This document shows positions 38,632 to 48,650 of a stretch of DNA of 64,000 nucleotides, piece after piece. Every line of letters starts with the position of its first letter. The first letter of the stretch is position 1. Under the pieces are notes generated by a model. The model was not told the origin of the DNA, did not search any database, and was given only the letters and a program-made list of their open reading frames with translations. A program made the position numbers and the translations under genes. The stretch spans positions 96,001 to 160,000 of the forward strand of contig CM000430.1 of assembly GCA_000165345.1 (NCBI GenBank). The letters run 5' to 3'.

Positions 38632-39912
38632 ATGAAATATGTAGCTTTGTTCTGTTTAATCATTCAAACAGTGGCAGTAATTTTCTTTATGAGGATTTCT
38701 CGTATTAAAAAGTCAGAAAATGATGAATTATATTTTAATTCTTGTGCTGTGGTAATGTCAGAAATCCTCAAGCTTTTAAGTTCATTATTAATAGTATTAT
38801 ATTCTAATAATTTTAATATGGTTGAATTTTACAATACATTGAGATTTGAAGTATTTAACTCATTTAAAACTAATATTCTTGTAGGTGTTCCTGGGCTGCT
38901 CTATGTTGTCCAGAATAACTTACTATTTATTGCATTGTCAAATCTATCAGGAGCAGTATACCATGTTACTTATCAACTTAAGATCCTTGCAACGGCAATA
39001 TTATCAGTTATTATATTGAATAAACAACTTTCAAAAATAAGATGGTTGTCTTTACTTTTACTTACAATTGGAGCAGTACTAGTACAAACAGGAAAATCAT
39101 CGGAGTCAAAAACTCCAAATAACTCAGGTTTAGTTGCTGAAAATACTGACAATTTTTTGGGTCTTTGTTCAGTTTTATTAGCATGCTTTACCAGTGGTTT
39201 GGCAGGAGTTTTTGTTGAGAAACTTTTAAAAGATAGTAAAACCAGTATTTGGGGTAGAAATGTACAGCTTGCTTTGTATGGTATAATTTTTGGATTAATT
39301 GGATGCCTTACAGGAAAAGAAGGATTAGAAATTTCTCAAAAAGGTTTCTTTTTTGGATTCAACACTCTTGTTTGGTTTGTTATTATATTACAAGCTATTG
39401 GAGGAATTATTGTTGCTGCTGTGCTTAAATATGCCGATAACATCCTAAAATGCTTTGGTAATTCGTTTAGTATTATTATGAGCTGTATTCTATCCTGGTA
39501 TCTTGGTGATTATAGCATTACGCTAAATTTCTTTGCTGGTTCAGTTCTTGTAATTTGGTCAATATTTATTTATGGACTTGAAAGAGCTTTTCCTTGCTCT
39601 GAATATCTTCTCAAACTTAAACTAATTTTAAAAAGGAATTCCAGAAACAAAATTATTGCTAAATACAAGAATCTTAGAGAATCTAGCTCGGAAGCTTCTT
39701 TTGACTTTAATGACCAAAACTCTGGAACCAGGAATAATCATCTAAACAGCTTGAATAATCAAAATAAAAATAGCAATATACTGAGCAATAGCAAATTTAA
39801 GAATATCAATAACTTTATCAATCAGCAAAACCAAAATAGAGATAATTATGGCGAAATTGATGATGTTATACCAAAAGGTCTTCAGATGGCAATCATTTCT
39901 TCTGGTGTTTAA
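38632..39912 (+). CDS. Nucleotide-sugar transporter (SLC35A UDP-Gal/UDP-GlcNAc/CMP-Sia family)
   Basis: ATG 38632. The block VPGLLYVVQNNLLFIALSNLSGAVYHVTYQLKILATAILSVIILNKQLSKIRWLSLLLLTIGAVLVQ is the signature core of SLC35A transporters. There are ~10 TM helices and an Asn-rich C-terminal tail. A tentative upstream exon (38424..38450) is described under findings. Confidence 0.7.
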   Translation: MKYVALFCLIIQTVAVIFFMRISRIKKSENDELYFNSCAVVMSEILKLLSSLLIVLYSNNFNMVEFYNTLRFEVFNSFKTNILVGVPGLLYVVQNNLLFIALSNLSGAVYHVTYQLKILATAILSVIILNKQLSKIRWLSLLLLTIGAVLVQTGKSSESKTPNNSGLVAENTDNFLGLCSVLLACFTSGLAGVFVEKLLKDSKTSIWGRNVQLALYGIIFGLIGCLTGKEGLEISQKGFFFGFNTLVWFVIILQAIGGIIVAAVLKYADNILKCFGNSFSIIMSCILSWYLGDYSITLNFFAGSVLVIWSIFIYGLERAFPCSEYLLKLKLILKRNSRNKIIAKYKNLRESSSEASFDFNDQNSGTRNNHLNSLNNQNKNSNILSNSKFKNINNFINQQNQNRDNYGEIDDVIPKGLQMAIISSGV

Positions 39913-40000
39913 ATACTCTTTTAATCTATTTTGAAGAATTATCTTCCCATGTTTAACTAAATTATTACTTCAATTCAACTAAACATATATTTTATACAAC

Positions 40001-40090
40001 CCGCACCAACTCCATGAAATAATTGACTTCGCATGCACCATTGCAATGCATGCTCGAATTTTCGTGGAAGCGGGTCCAATGTGGACAAAT
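40001..40090. promoter_or_regulatory. Inverted-repeat motif cluster (ACCCGC…GCATGCA CCAT TGCAATGCATGC…GCGGGT) in a 3'-3' convergent spacer; a second GC island lies at 40330..40420
   Basis: Read from the sequence. The spacer separates the sugar-transporter 3' end (39912) from the CCT-alpha 3' end (40515). Confidence 0.35.
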
Positions 40091-40514
40091 ATATAATTAA
40101 TATATATAGTTTTACTATTTGCTTTCTTCTTAGTTATAGATTCGTTCTTTTACTAAATTTTCTTCCGAAAGTTTTAGCTGAAAACTGCTAATTAGTATCT
40201 CTAGAATGGCTTTCTATATAAGAACTACTAAAAATAAAAAAAAATAAAAAATTGTTATTCATTATATAAACTTAGTGACTGATATCGTAAATCTAGCTAA
40301 AGTATTTCACTGATAGCTATAAAAAATATATTTGCCGCCTTTTCGGTGTGGGGAGGGAAGTCGTTACATAGAAAAGGTCACCTGGCCCGTTGGGCGGGCT
40401 CTCGAATTAAATAGAGTAAAAGTCAACCAGAACATTTCTTCCCTCTTGAATCCTAATTTACTTGGTTGATATCAAAGAATGAAAAGGAATTAAACTTCAA
40501 ATGATGAAAGTTGT

Positions 40515-42218
40515 TTACTCGTTTCCTTGTTGGTTCTCTACGGGTTTTACTTTAATGTAGTCATCAATACGGAGAAGCGTGATTGCAGCTTCTGTTGCAA
40601 ATCTTAAAGACTTAAGTTTGCTGATAGTTGGTTCCAAAACTCCTGCTTGGACATTATCTCTTACTGTTCCATTAATTAAATCAAGCCCAAAAAATTTGTA
40701 TTTATCTTGATCTTGAGATTTTACTGTTAAATCTGAAGAAGTTGGTTTAGTAGCATAGTTATTGAGTTGTCCTTGTTGGGCGCTTGCATGGTATGCTCTA
40801 AGTCTAGCAACCAAGTCTGTTGCATCTTTAGCGGAATTAATTGCCAAAGTTTTAGGAATAACCAAAAGTGCCTCAGCAAATTCCGCAATTGCAAGCTGTT
40901 CTCTAGACCCAAGAGTGCGAGCAAAGTCTTCTAAGTAAATACTCAAAGCAGCCTCCACTGCTCCTCCTCCTGCAACATATCCATTTGACTCTAAAAGCTT
41001 AGATACGGAACACAAAGCATCATTTAGAGAGCGCTCAAGCTCATCTAATAGAACCTCATTTGCTCCTCTTAATACAATTGAGGCTGCTCTATGAGTCTTG
41101 CAACCAAGGAACATCATATAATCAGTGTCTCCAATACGTTCTTCTCTTACTTCTTGGCATTCTCCAAGATAAGCCGGGTCAAATGATTCCTCTGAATCCT
41201 CTAATTGTGCCATTGTAAGGCAGATTGTCGCTCCTGTTGCCTTGGCAATTCTTCTTAAATCAACCTTCTCTACCCTTCTAACTGCAATACAACCAGCTGA
41301 GACAAAATATTTCATGCATTGATCATCAATACCCCCTGAAGTCAAAACTACATTACAACCTGTAGCCAAAATCTTTTCAATACGTTTGTGAATTACTTCC
41401 TTCTCTTCCAGTCTAATCCTTGCAAGTTCTTTTGGATCTTCCAATTCAACACGAATACCCATTTGCATTCTGTATTGTTTTAAAGGAAAGTCTATACATG
41501 CAATTTTGACATTTTTTACAGACGTTGGCATTCCCTGGCAAGCTCTACCTGTATGGGAGAGAGCATAACCCTCAACCAAAAATGACTCTGATAAACCTTT
41601 ACCATGAGTTTTTAATATGTTCAAAGATTTTACTGGATACTTGACAGCTCCTGTTAAGGGGTCTGTAGCCTTTACTGTCATTATTGAATCTACTACCAAC
41701 TTCCCAAAAAACTCTGAGTCTGCTCCTGCTAGCTTTGATGATAGCACAGTTTTAGCAACATTAAGGCAGCATTCCTCACTAATTGTCTCATTAATAGATA
41801 AAGACCCAGAAATATATCTCACACACTCCTTTAGAGCCAACTTATAACCAGAAATTACATTTGAAGGATGAGACCCATTGCTAACTAAAGATGTACCTCT
41901 CCTTAGTAACTCAGCAGCTAATAAAACTACAGATGTTGTGCCATCCCCCACTTCCTTGTCCTGTAGCTCACTCAAATCTACTAGTACTCGCCCAGCTGGG
42001 TGCTTTACTTCCAATTGGCTTAAAATTGTAGCACCATCATTAGTTACTATTACTTCGCCCACCTCATCAACAAGCATCTTATCCAACCCTTGGGGTCCCA
42101 ATGACGACTTTAATATATTTGCTATCGACATTACTGCTGTCAAATTATTAGACCTCACATCACTCCCATGTTGTCGCTCTCCGTGAATTGATTGATCCTG
42201 AGATGGTTTTGCCAACAT
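40515..42218 (-). CDS. CCT1: T-complex protein 1 (CCT/TRiC chaperonin) subunit alpha
   Basis: ATG at 42218. 567 aa. LGPQGLDKMLVDEVGEVIVTNDGATIL; ISGYKLALKECVRYI (human TCP1 ISGYRLACKEAVRYI); NVKIACIDFPLKQYRMQMGIRVELEDPKELARIRLEEKEVIHKRIEKILATGCNVVLTSGGIDDQCMKYFVSAGCIAVRRV (human NAKIACLDFSLQKTKMKLGVQVVITDPEKLDQIRQRESDITKERIQKILATGANVILTTGGIDDMCLKYFVEAGAMAVRRV); GGGAVEAALSIYLE. Confidence 0.85.
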   Translation of the reverse strand: MLAKPSQDQSIHGERQHGSDVRSNNLTAVMSIANILKSSLGPQGLDKMLVDEVGEVIVTNDGATILSQLEVKHPAGRVLVDLSELQDKEVGDGTTSVVLLAAELLRRGTSLVSNGSHPSNVISGYKLALKECVRYISGSLSINETISEECCLNVAKTVLSSKLAGADSEFFGKLVVDSIMTVKATDPLTGAVKYPVKSLNILKTHGKGLSESFLVEGYALSHTGRACQGMPTSVKNVKIACIDFPLKQYRMQMGIRVELEDPKELARIRLEEKEVIHKRIEKILATGCNVVLTSGGIDDQCMKYFVSAGCIAVRRVEKVDLRRIAKATGATICLTMAQLEDSEESFDPAYLGECQEVREERIGDTDYMMFLGCKTHRAASIVLRGANEVLLDELERSLNDALCSVSKLLESNGYVAGGGAVEAALSIYLEDFARTLGSREQLAIAEFAEALLVIPKTLAINSAKDATDLVARLRAYHASAQQGQLNNYATKPTSSDLTVKSQDQDKYKFFGLDLINGTVRDNVQAGVLEPTISKLKSLRFATEAAITLLRIDDYIKVKPVENQQGNE

Positions 42219-42362
42219 ATTATATATATATGTTTTACTTGACTCCTTTATTTATGTTTTTTTATAAAATATATATATATAAATATTTATTTATGTACAA
42301 TCTTCTCTTTTTCCCTCTTCACTTCCTTCAAGACTTTTTCTTGCACTTTTAAAAGCCCCTTA

Positions 42363-42404
42363 CCGCCCAAACTCAAATACCGGCCTGAGAGACGGCGCCA
42401 AACC
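42363..42404. promoter_or_regulatory. CCGCCCAAA … GACGGCGCCAAACC boxes ~150-190 nt upstream of the CCT-alpha ATG
   Basis: Sequence motif (E2F-like family). It sits correctly for a minus-strand promoter. Confidence 0.45.
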
Positions 42405-43269
42405 TGCCCCAATTAATTAACTGCTTGGCAAAAGTTATTTTTACCAAATTGTTGATGAAAATGTGAATATTTGTTTGATTTACTTTGTGTGGTTATGTGT
42501 GAATTACATTATATTGTAAATTATTGGGTTCTTATTTAGTTTACTTTTACAAATCTTGTGGCCTTTCATACAACTATACTTATACAATATATTTTGTCTC
42601 CGATAGCTAAGATTAGATTCAATGGCACTTATTAGAAATTTTGTCTATTGTAAACGTGTATGCTCACTATTCTAATATTCATTTTTTATTTAACACTTTT
42701 TTTCTCTCTCCAAGCTTAACATGAACTCATTCCTCTATTATTTGAAGAAAAAAAAGAGAACTGTCCCTCGTAACTCTATGCACTTCTACGAATTCTATAG
42801 TTATTCAGAGCCTTCTTTAACTAACAATGACTATCTTTGAACTCACAAATGTAAAAAAATCTCGCATGTTCAAATTCTCCAAACTCTGCTCAGAGAAATC
42901 ACTCAATTCCGCAATATTCAAATTATTCCTAAAAAAAAAAGAAAAACCTAAGATGTACTTATGTTCTACCAATTATCAATCAATTTATTCACAAAAAGAA
43001 AACAAATTTTATATGTTTATTAAAATTTTACTAATTAATATATCGCTAATTTGCATGTTTTTACCGCCAAATAATTGACGAATTTAAAGAATCATCCCTT
43101 GGTAATTGTTATTGCGTGGAGTATAAAAGCCAGAAATTCAAAAACAATCCTTTCATCTTTCGCTCTTTAATTACAATTATAGGCCATTAGAAGACTAAAA
43201 CTATGACTGGTTTCAAATTCAACCAAAACTCGAAATATACACACAATATTTAATAATCTCATCGTAAAG

Positions 43270-44103
43270 TTAATTCTTGAAGATCTTTGTCATCCTCCTG
43301 AGAGCTGAAGAAACCAAATGCACTGGAGTCCTAATTAAATCGCCAATCGCTCCTCCGTTAGTGGTTCCATGATCTGATTCAGCATCATTTGCAGCCATTA
43401 ATGATGAAATTGGTGTTGATGAGTAAGAAAGTCTTGAAGTTCTTGTAGGAGTTCTTAAGCTTGAATCACCTCCATTCTTTGCATCAACTTTCATTGAATT
43501 CTTTCTTGCTGTTAAGGAAGTTGCTGAAGCTGGTAGTTTTTTTAGTTTAGAAGATGATGATGAAGTCTTTGACTTGGGCTTTGTTGCCTTTTCAGTGGAA
43601 GCTGACTTCTTTTCCTTACTATTAGCCTTCGATATCTTGTTTTCCTTTAAATTACTCTCTGGTTTCTTTTTTTTATTTCCGGTTGATATTTCCTTAACAA
43701 TATTGTCCAAAATCTTGTTTTTTGCAACTTCACTCTTTGTGACCTTCTTAGTACTTGATGAGACACCCTTCTTAACTATTTCACTGATAGCTTTGGCTTC
43801 TGATCCCTTTGATTTAATTATCTTGTGATTCAGAATTTCTCCTCCCTTTTTGCTTGTCTTGCTAATTGTCTTCTTAACTACAGGTTTTACGGTTCCCTGC
43901 TCTTTTTTAATAGGATGCGAATTTGAAGCCTTAGTCGTTGCTATTGATGATTTTGACAACGAGCTTTTGCGAGACTTTGAAGATGATAAAGAAGTTGATT
44001 TTGGGGTTTCCTTCTTTACTGAAATCTTACTAGACTTTGAATTACAGCTCTTGGAAGCAGTTTTGCAGATAGACTTCTTTGAATCTGTTGAGCAACCACT
44101 CAT
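43270..44103 (-). CDS. Highly basic Lys/Ser-rich low-complexity protein (possible nuclear/nucleolar protein)
   Basis: ATG at 44103. 277 aa, about 40% K+S, with KK(V/I)TKSE-type repeats. No motif I recognise. The promoter box TTTGCATGCAAA…TTTGGCGCCCGACTGTGGGCGCGC (44695..44737) lies ~600 nt upstream. Confidence 0.45.
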   Translation of the reverse strand: MSGCSTDSKKSICKTASKSCNSKSSKISVKKETPKSTSLSSSKSRKSSLSKSSIATTKASNSHPIKKEQGTVKPVVKKTISKTSKKGGEILNHKIIKSKGSEAKAISEIVKKGVSSSTKKVTKSEVAKNKILDNIVKEISTGNKKKKPESNLKENKISKANSKEKKSASTEKATKPKSKTSSSSSKLKKLPASATSLTARKNSMKVDAKNGGDSSLRTPTRTSRLSYSSTPISSLMAANDAESDHGTTNGGAIGDLIRTPVHLVSSALRRMTKIFKN

Positions 44104-45402
44104 CTAAAATCAAAAAATCATAAATAATATTGTATAAAATCGTTTAATTTCGTATTATTAAAAATAAATATTTTAGTTAATTTGTTATTTAATTATTGAA
44201 TAAATTTATAAAGGCAATAATTCAGAGACTTTCTCAAATTTCTTTATTCAGCTTATCTTTTCCTCCCCTCATTTTTTTGTAGGCTATAATTAGCTTTAAA
44301 AGTCAATTAAATCTGAAGAATTATCACTCATACCATCATGATATAATTTGATGTCAAAATTTTCTAGAAGCATCAACCCCACACCTGTATGTCATAGATA
44401 TTCGCAATTTATTCCCTTCATCTCCCTCCACTCCATCCCTTCTTCTTTGTAACCAAATCATCAAAGTCTCATTATTTGCCTTTCTATTGACTTACCTTTG
44501 ATCCACAAGCTTTTACTGAAGAACTTCCTTTCTTAGTGCAAGCCATTCTTAACTGATAAAAGTTTATCTTTTTTCCTTGTTAATTAAAAATCTATAATTG
44601 GTTTCCCCCAATCCCTTAAATATATTAATACTTGAAATTTAATCGTATTTACTACTTGTTCTGTTTAGTATTCGTGTATTAATTTAAAATTAATTTGCAT
44701 GCAAATAAATACATTTGGCGCCCGACTGTGGGCGCGCATTTTGATCTTCAAGTGGTTAACCACAGTAACATGGCATTAAGTGTATAAATTAAGTTAATAA
44801 GGAAGAATGTGAGCACTAAAAAAAAGATATATTGGGAGAGATGATTTTTTTTTTTTTTTTTAAATCACTCAAGGTCCCAACCCACATTTGAATGTAATAC
44901 AACTCAGTCAAAATAAATCAATAGAGCACTCCTTTCTTTTTTCTTAGATATATTTTTGTGAATTTTTTCATCGACCCTTTGATAGTAAAATTTGTTTCAA
45001 TAACTCTATCATCAAGAGATGTCAACTTTGATCAAATGTAAGATGTAATACAAATGTTTAGTTTTTCGCTATCGTGGCTAATACATAGGAATTGTGAATG
45101 ATAGGCTTTTTAATTAAACGAAAACGTAATATTTAAAACAAGTATAATCAATTTATTAAGAGAGGAACTATTTAAAAGCTGTAACTTTTATCTATTACTA
45201 ACTTGTGGTTGTAGCTTCTTTTGAATAATACCTTCCATCAAAGTTGAAAAATCCAATCATAATTCACTTAAATTAAGCAAAGAAGAAAAGATCTTCGACA
45301 TGTGGAAATATACATATCCGTTACTAATTTAAAGTAAGTGTTTACGCTCGGTGAATTACAAGCTAAACCGGCTGATTATTCCCTACCTCTGATTCATTAC
45401 GC

Positions 45403-45706
45403 TTATCCCATGATCTTTTCCTTAAACTTTCCGAGAATATGAAGTACAATAACTATTGACATGTATGCCAAAGTCATTACGAGAACAGTCATTGGCCCAA
45501 GCTTGAGTCCTGGTGTATCATCAACGTAGTAACTCATCAAATTTTGAGCGAGGTTCTCTCTGCTGCTAGTTACAGAAGATGCCAATGCACGGCGTTGTCT
45601 AATTTATAGAAAGAAAAAAGTGAATAAAGATTCTCACATCCTATTATTTCTTAGCTTACCTCATTGTACTTGATCTTGCAATAGAACCTTTTCCTGCTGC
45701 TCCCAT
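45403..45706 (-). CDS. SEC61B: Sec61 translocon beta subunit, two exons: complement(join(45403..45598,45660..45706)), 61-nt intron
   Basis: The track ORF (45403..45585) starts at TTG; its frame stays open upstream through …IRQRRA. The C-terminus MSYYVDDTPGLKLGPMTVLVMTLAYMSIVIVLHILGKFK matches Sec61β (…[39 protein letters not shown]). Upstream, CCAATATGGGAGCAGCAGGAAAAGGTTCTATTGCAAGATCAAGTACAATGAG|GTAAGC … TTCTTTCTATAAATTAG|A joins in phase 2. The product is an 80-aa protein, MGAAGKGSIARSSTMRQRRALASS…, the right size for Sec61β/Sbh1. Confidence 0.7.
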
Positions 45707-46235
45707 ATTGGATGAGCTTCCTGTTGATTGCGTTGAATTCTTTGTCTAAAAGAATAAGATGATTAATTTAAATATGAACTCTAAATAAGTTTATCATTTC
45801 GAGTTTAATAAACGAAGAGAACCTCCTTTGAAAATAGAATCTCTCCTATATGGAAATAATCCCAGCTAATATACTCGAAAAGATATAAAGATAAATATTC
45901 AAATGACTTACCATCTCTAATTCAATAAAATCTAAACGTTCTTAAAATTCCAAAGAATAAAATATTAGTTTTACTTTCTTTTAATTTTTCTTTTTTTTCC
46001 CCAATTTATTGAGCTTTATCCAGATATGGTAAAATATCTTTTCCCCTCTTATAACTCTATGTTTTTTTATTTTTGTCAATACACTCAAAAATTGAGTGAG
46101 TCTTGCGGTACCTCTTCAATTAATTAATTATTTCTTTATATGAATATACTATATAGTTATTAAGTTACCTTATTTAAATTTTTTTTATTCAAATACCCCC
46201 ACTATTCACTTTCCCGCTACACTTACCCTGAATTT

Positions 46236-46333
46236 ACCGCCAAATTGCAAAACATTAAAATTTCGAAATATCCCATTAATCGAAATAGGAAATAATGACG
46301 ATAAAAATGCAGGCCCCACAGTTTTGGCGGCAC
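46236..46333. promoter_or_regulatory. TTCCCGC, TACCGCCAAATTG and GTTTTGGCGGCAC E2F-like boxes in the head-to-head spacer between the Sec61-beta and Kir-like genes
   Basis: Sequence motifs. They lie 200-300 nt upstream of the Kir ATG (46544) and ~550 nt upstream of the Sec61β ATG. Confidence 0.4.
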
Positions 46334-46543
46334 ATTTTGAGATTCTATTAATGTTAAATTTATAAAGTTAACTAAAAATGGAATCGAAAAAAGAATTGGG
46401 TAAGAAAACAAAATTTTAGAAAAAAAGGAAGAGATGGTCATTCAGCCGTATTCGAATGAGTTTGAAGTACTCCACTTCCCAATTTTTTTAAAGAAAAAAT
46501 CAACTAAATTTGATTATTTTGGTATATATTCCGACAAATAATA

Positions 46544-47749
46544 ATGAACATTGAACTTTCCAAGCCTTTATTAAAAACATACACTCAGGATCAAATGTAT
46601 TACAATAGTAAAAAAAATCAAATAAGTGATACTAGTAGTAATCAAAGCTATGAGAGCCCTGATTTAAGTGACCGAATTGAAACAAAAGCATCCGACTTCA
46701 TTTCATATAGCAACAGAAATCCTCCGAATATACTAATGGAAAATGGAACCTTAAATATAATGCATCACTGGGATAGACTCAGCCAATTCTTTGAATTTTG
46801 TTTACACGACAGATTCCATGTTATGCTTTCAATGAGTTGGGGAAGTCTTATTTTATTTATATTTCTCGTATATATTCTACTTGCAATTATCCTAGCAATA
46901 ATACATTTTATTATTACATTTGGTGATGCTGCTAATTGTATTGGGAGCGATAAATTTGGGAATATAGAATATTTTTTCTTTGCTGTTGAAACTATGTTTA
47001 GTATTGGCTACGGTTCCCCAAGATCACCATGTTGCTTAATTACCAACTACTTTACTTCAATTACGGTTATTAGTGGTTGCATCTTGAATTCAGTTACTGT
47101 TGGAATATTCTTTACAAAATTTTCAGAATCAACTTCTAGAAAATGGTCAATTTGTTTCTCCAAAGAACTTTGTGGAATTGGATTTAAAAGTATAACTCCT
47201 GAAGAAGTACTTGAAGTACCTAATCAATCAAACTTACCACCTATCACTTCATATGCCTTTACTAAGGCAGCTGAAACCACCTGTGAGAATTGTCCATTCA
47301 TTATTTCATTCAGACTTTTTAATATCTCTCAAGAACCATTTTTTTCGCCTGATCTTAAAATTTTCATTCTTATCCACGGTGACAACGGCCCATATATCAC
47401 AGAAATTTCATCATACAAACTTGATGTTCCTCTAGAATTTATGGAAACTCCTATCACTGTTTCGATATACTCAAACCAGCCTGACTCCCCTCTTAAAAAC
47501 TTTACTATTAATCATCTTAGAAATCAAGGGCATCTCATTGAACTCATGATATTGCTACGCTTCTCTGATAACAGAACATCAAAGAATTTGGAGGTCAGGA
47601 AGACCTGGAGACTTAATAATGTCTTCTGGGGATATAAATTTTCTTCTATTATTAAGAAACAAGTTTATCATGGCGGAACTATGTACAAAGTCGGAATTTC
47701 AGATCTCGATAACATTGAGCCTGTTATCTCCGGTACTCCATTTCTCTAA
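46544..47749 (+). CDS. Inward-rectifier potassium channel (Kir/IRK family)-like protein
   Basis: ATG 46544. 401 aa. Slide-helix-like HHWDRLSQFFEFCLHDRFHVMLSMSW. M1 is GSLILFIFLVYILLAIILAIIHFII. The pore helix and filter IEYFFFAVETMFSIGYGSP match KirBac1.1 FTDAFFFSVQTMATIGYGK and Kir2 FLFSIETQTTIGYG. M2 is ITNYFTSITVISGCILNSVTVGIFFTKF, followed by a basic SRKW stretch. A ~210-aa beta-rich cytoplasmic domain follows (ISFRLFNISQEPFFSPDLKIFILIHGDNGPY…). Confidence 0.6.
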   Translation: MNIELSKPLLKTYTQDQMYYNSKKNQISDTSSNQSYESPDLSDRIETKASDFISYSNRNPPNILMENGTLNIMHHWDRLSQFFEFCLHDRFHVMLSMSWGSLILFIFLVYILLAIILAIIHFIITFGDAANCIGSDKFGNIEYFFFAVETMFSIGYGSPRSPCCLITNYFTSITVISGCILNSVTVGIFFTKFSESTSRKWSICFSKELCGIGFKSITPEEVLEVPNQSNLPPITSYAFTKAAETTCENCPFIISFRLFNISQEPFFSPDLKIFILIHGDNGPYITEISSYKLDVPLEFMETPITVSIYSNQPDSPLKNFTINHLRNQGHLIELMILLRFSDNRTSKNLEVRKTWRLNNVFWGYKFSSIIKKQVYHGGTMYKVGISDLDNIEPVISGTPFL

Positions 47750-47853
47750 TTTATAGATCATATTTGCAAATACATAAGTATATAATTTAACTTGACTACC
47801 TTAGCTATTTCTTTTCCTTTCATCGTTTTTTTTATATTCTACAAGCAATGACT

Positions 47854-47893
47854 AATTGGCGCCAAAATCATTTCCATGCAATACTTCCCGCCT
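47854..47893. promoter_or_regulatory. AATTGGCGCCAAAAT (E2F-like palindrome) + CATGCAAT + TTCCCGCC in a 3'-3' convergent spacer; a second box, CACACGTAATATGCATGCAAG, lies at 48126..48146
   Basis: Sequence motifs lying between the Kir 3' end (47749) and the phosphoesterase 3' end (48651). Confidence 0.35.
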
Positions 47894-48650
47894 TGTTTTT
47901 TATTTTAAAAGTTATTCATTGCCTCCAAATTAATTTTGTAACTATTCTTTAGTATCTTTTTTTTAGTAAAAAATATAATCATTGTTATAGTTTTTTTGAA
48001 ATAAAAATCAACATTGTCAACCTAAGTGTTTTCTAGTACTTTTCAAACTTGTACATGTGTTATCCACCACAAGCTACTTCAACCCTTCAATCACTTTACT
48101 CACTATTTTGTGTGGGGGAAAAATGCACACGTAATATGCATGCAAGTTGTAAATAAATAGAGAAAAAAAACTAAAATTGTAGATAAAAATAATTAACTCT
48201 CTTATATTATCACTACAATCTACTGTGCATTATTCACCCCTTCTACATGAAGTATTTAATATACTATTTATAAATCTACATATCCCAAAATGAATAACTC
48301 CAAGAAAGTAATATCCAAAATAAGAAGAGTAAGTGCTTAGTACTTTAAAATGATTACCATTCTTCATCATTTAATTCATTTGCTTGTAACAATAGCCATT
48401 AGCAACTTAATGTATTAATTATTCTTCTTAAAAACTAATAATATTAGCATTCTTCAACTTATGGCACTTTTCCCTGATCTAATTTATGTCTGAATATCAT
48501 TTATACTATATAGTTCATTTTCTATTATCAATATTGATTATATTATTATGCCTCAACATAAACTCTCCTCTCTCTCGCCCCACTCAAAAAAAAAAACTAG
48601 TCTTAATGAAAGATTAAATTCTGACTCGAGATTATCACTTATTCTTCTTT

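Noticed and set aside
40330-40420. Possible small structured RNA (snRNA/snoRNA/tRNA) in the GC island
   Set aside because: No U1/U2/U4/U5/U6 conserved boxes, no C/D or H/ACA boxes, and no tRNA fold were recognisable. It is kept only as part of the convergent-spacer finding.
44800-45400. U2/U5-like snRNA in the long spacer downstream of Sec61-beta (TTTTTCGCTATCGTGGCTAATACATAGG…, TACTAAC)
   Set aside because: The resemblance to the U2 5' end (ATCGCTTCTCGGCCTTTTGGCTAAGATCA) is superficial. No Sm site or conserved loop sequences were found.
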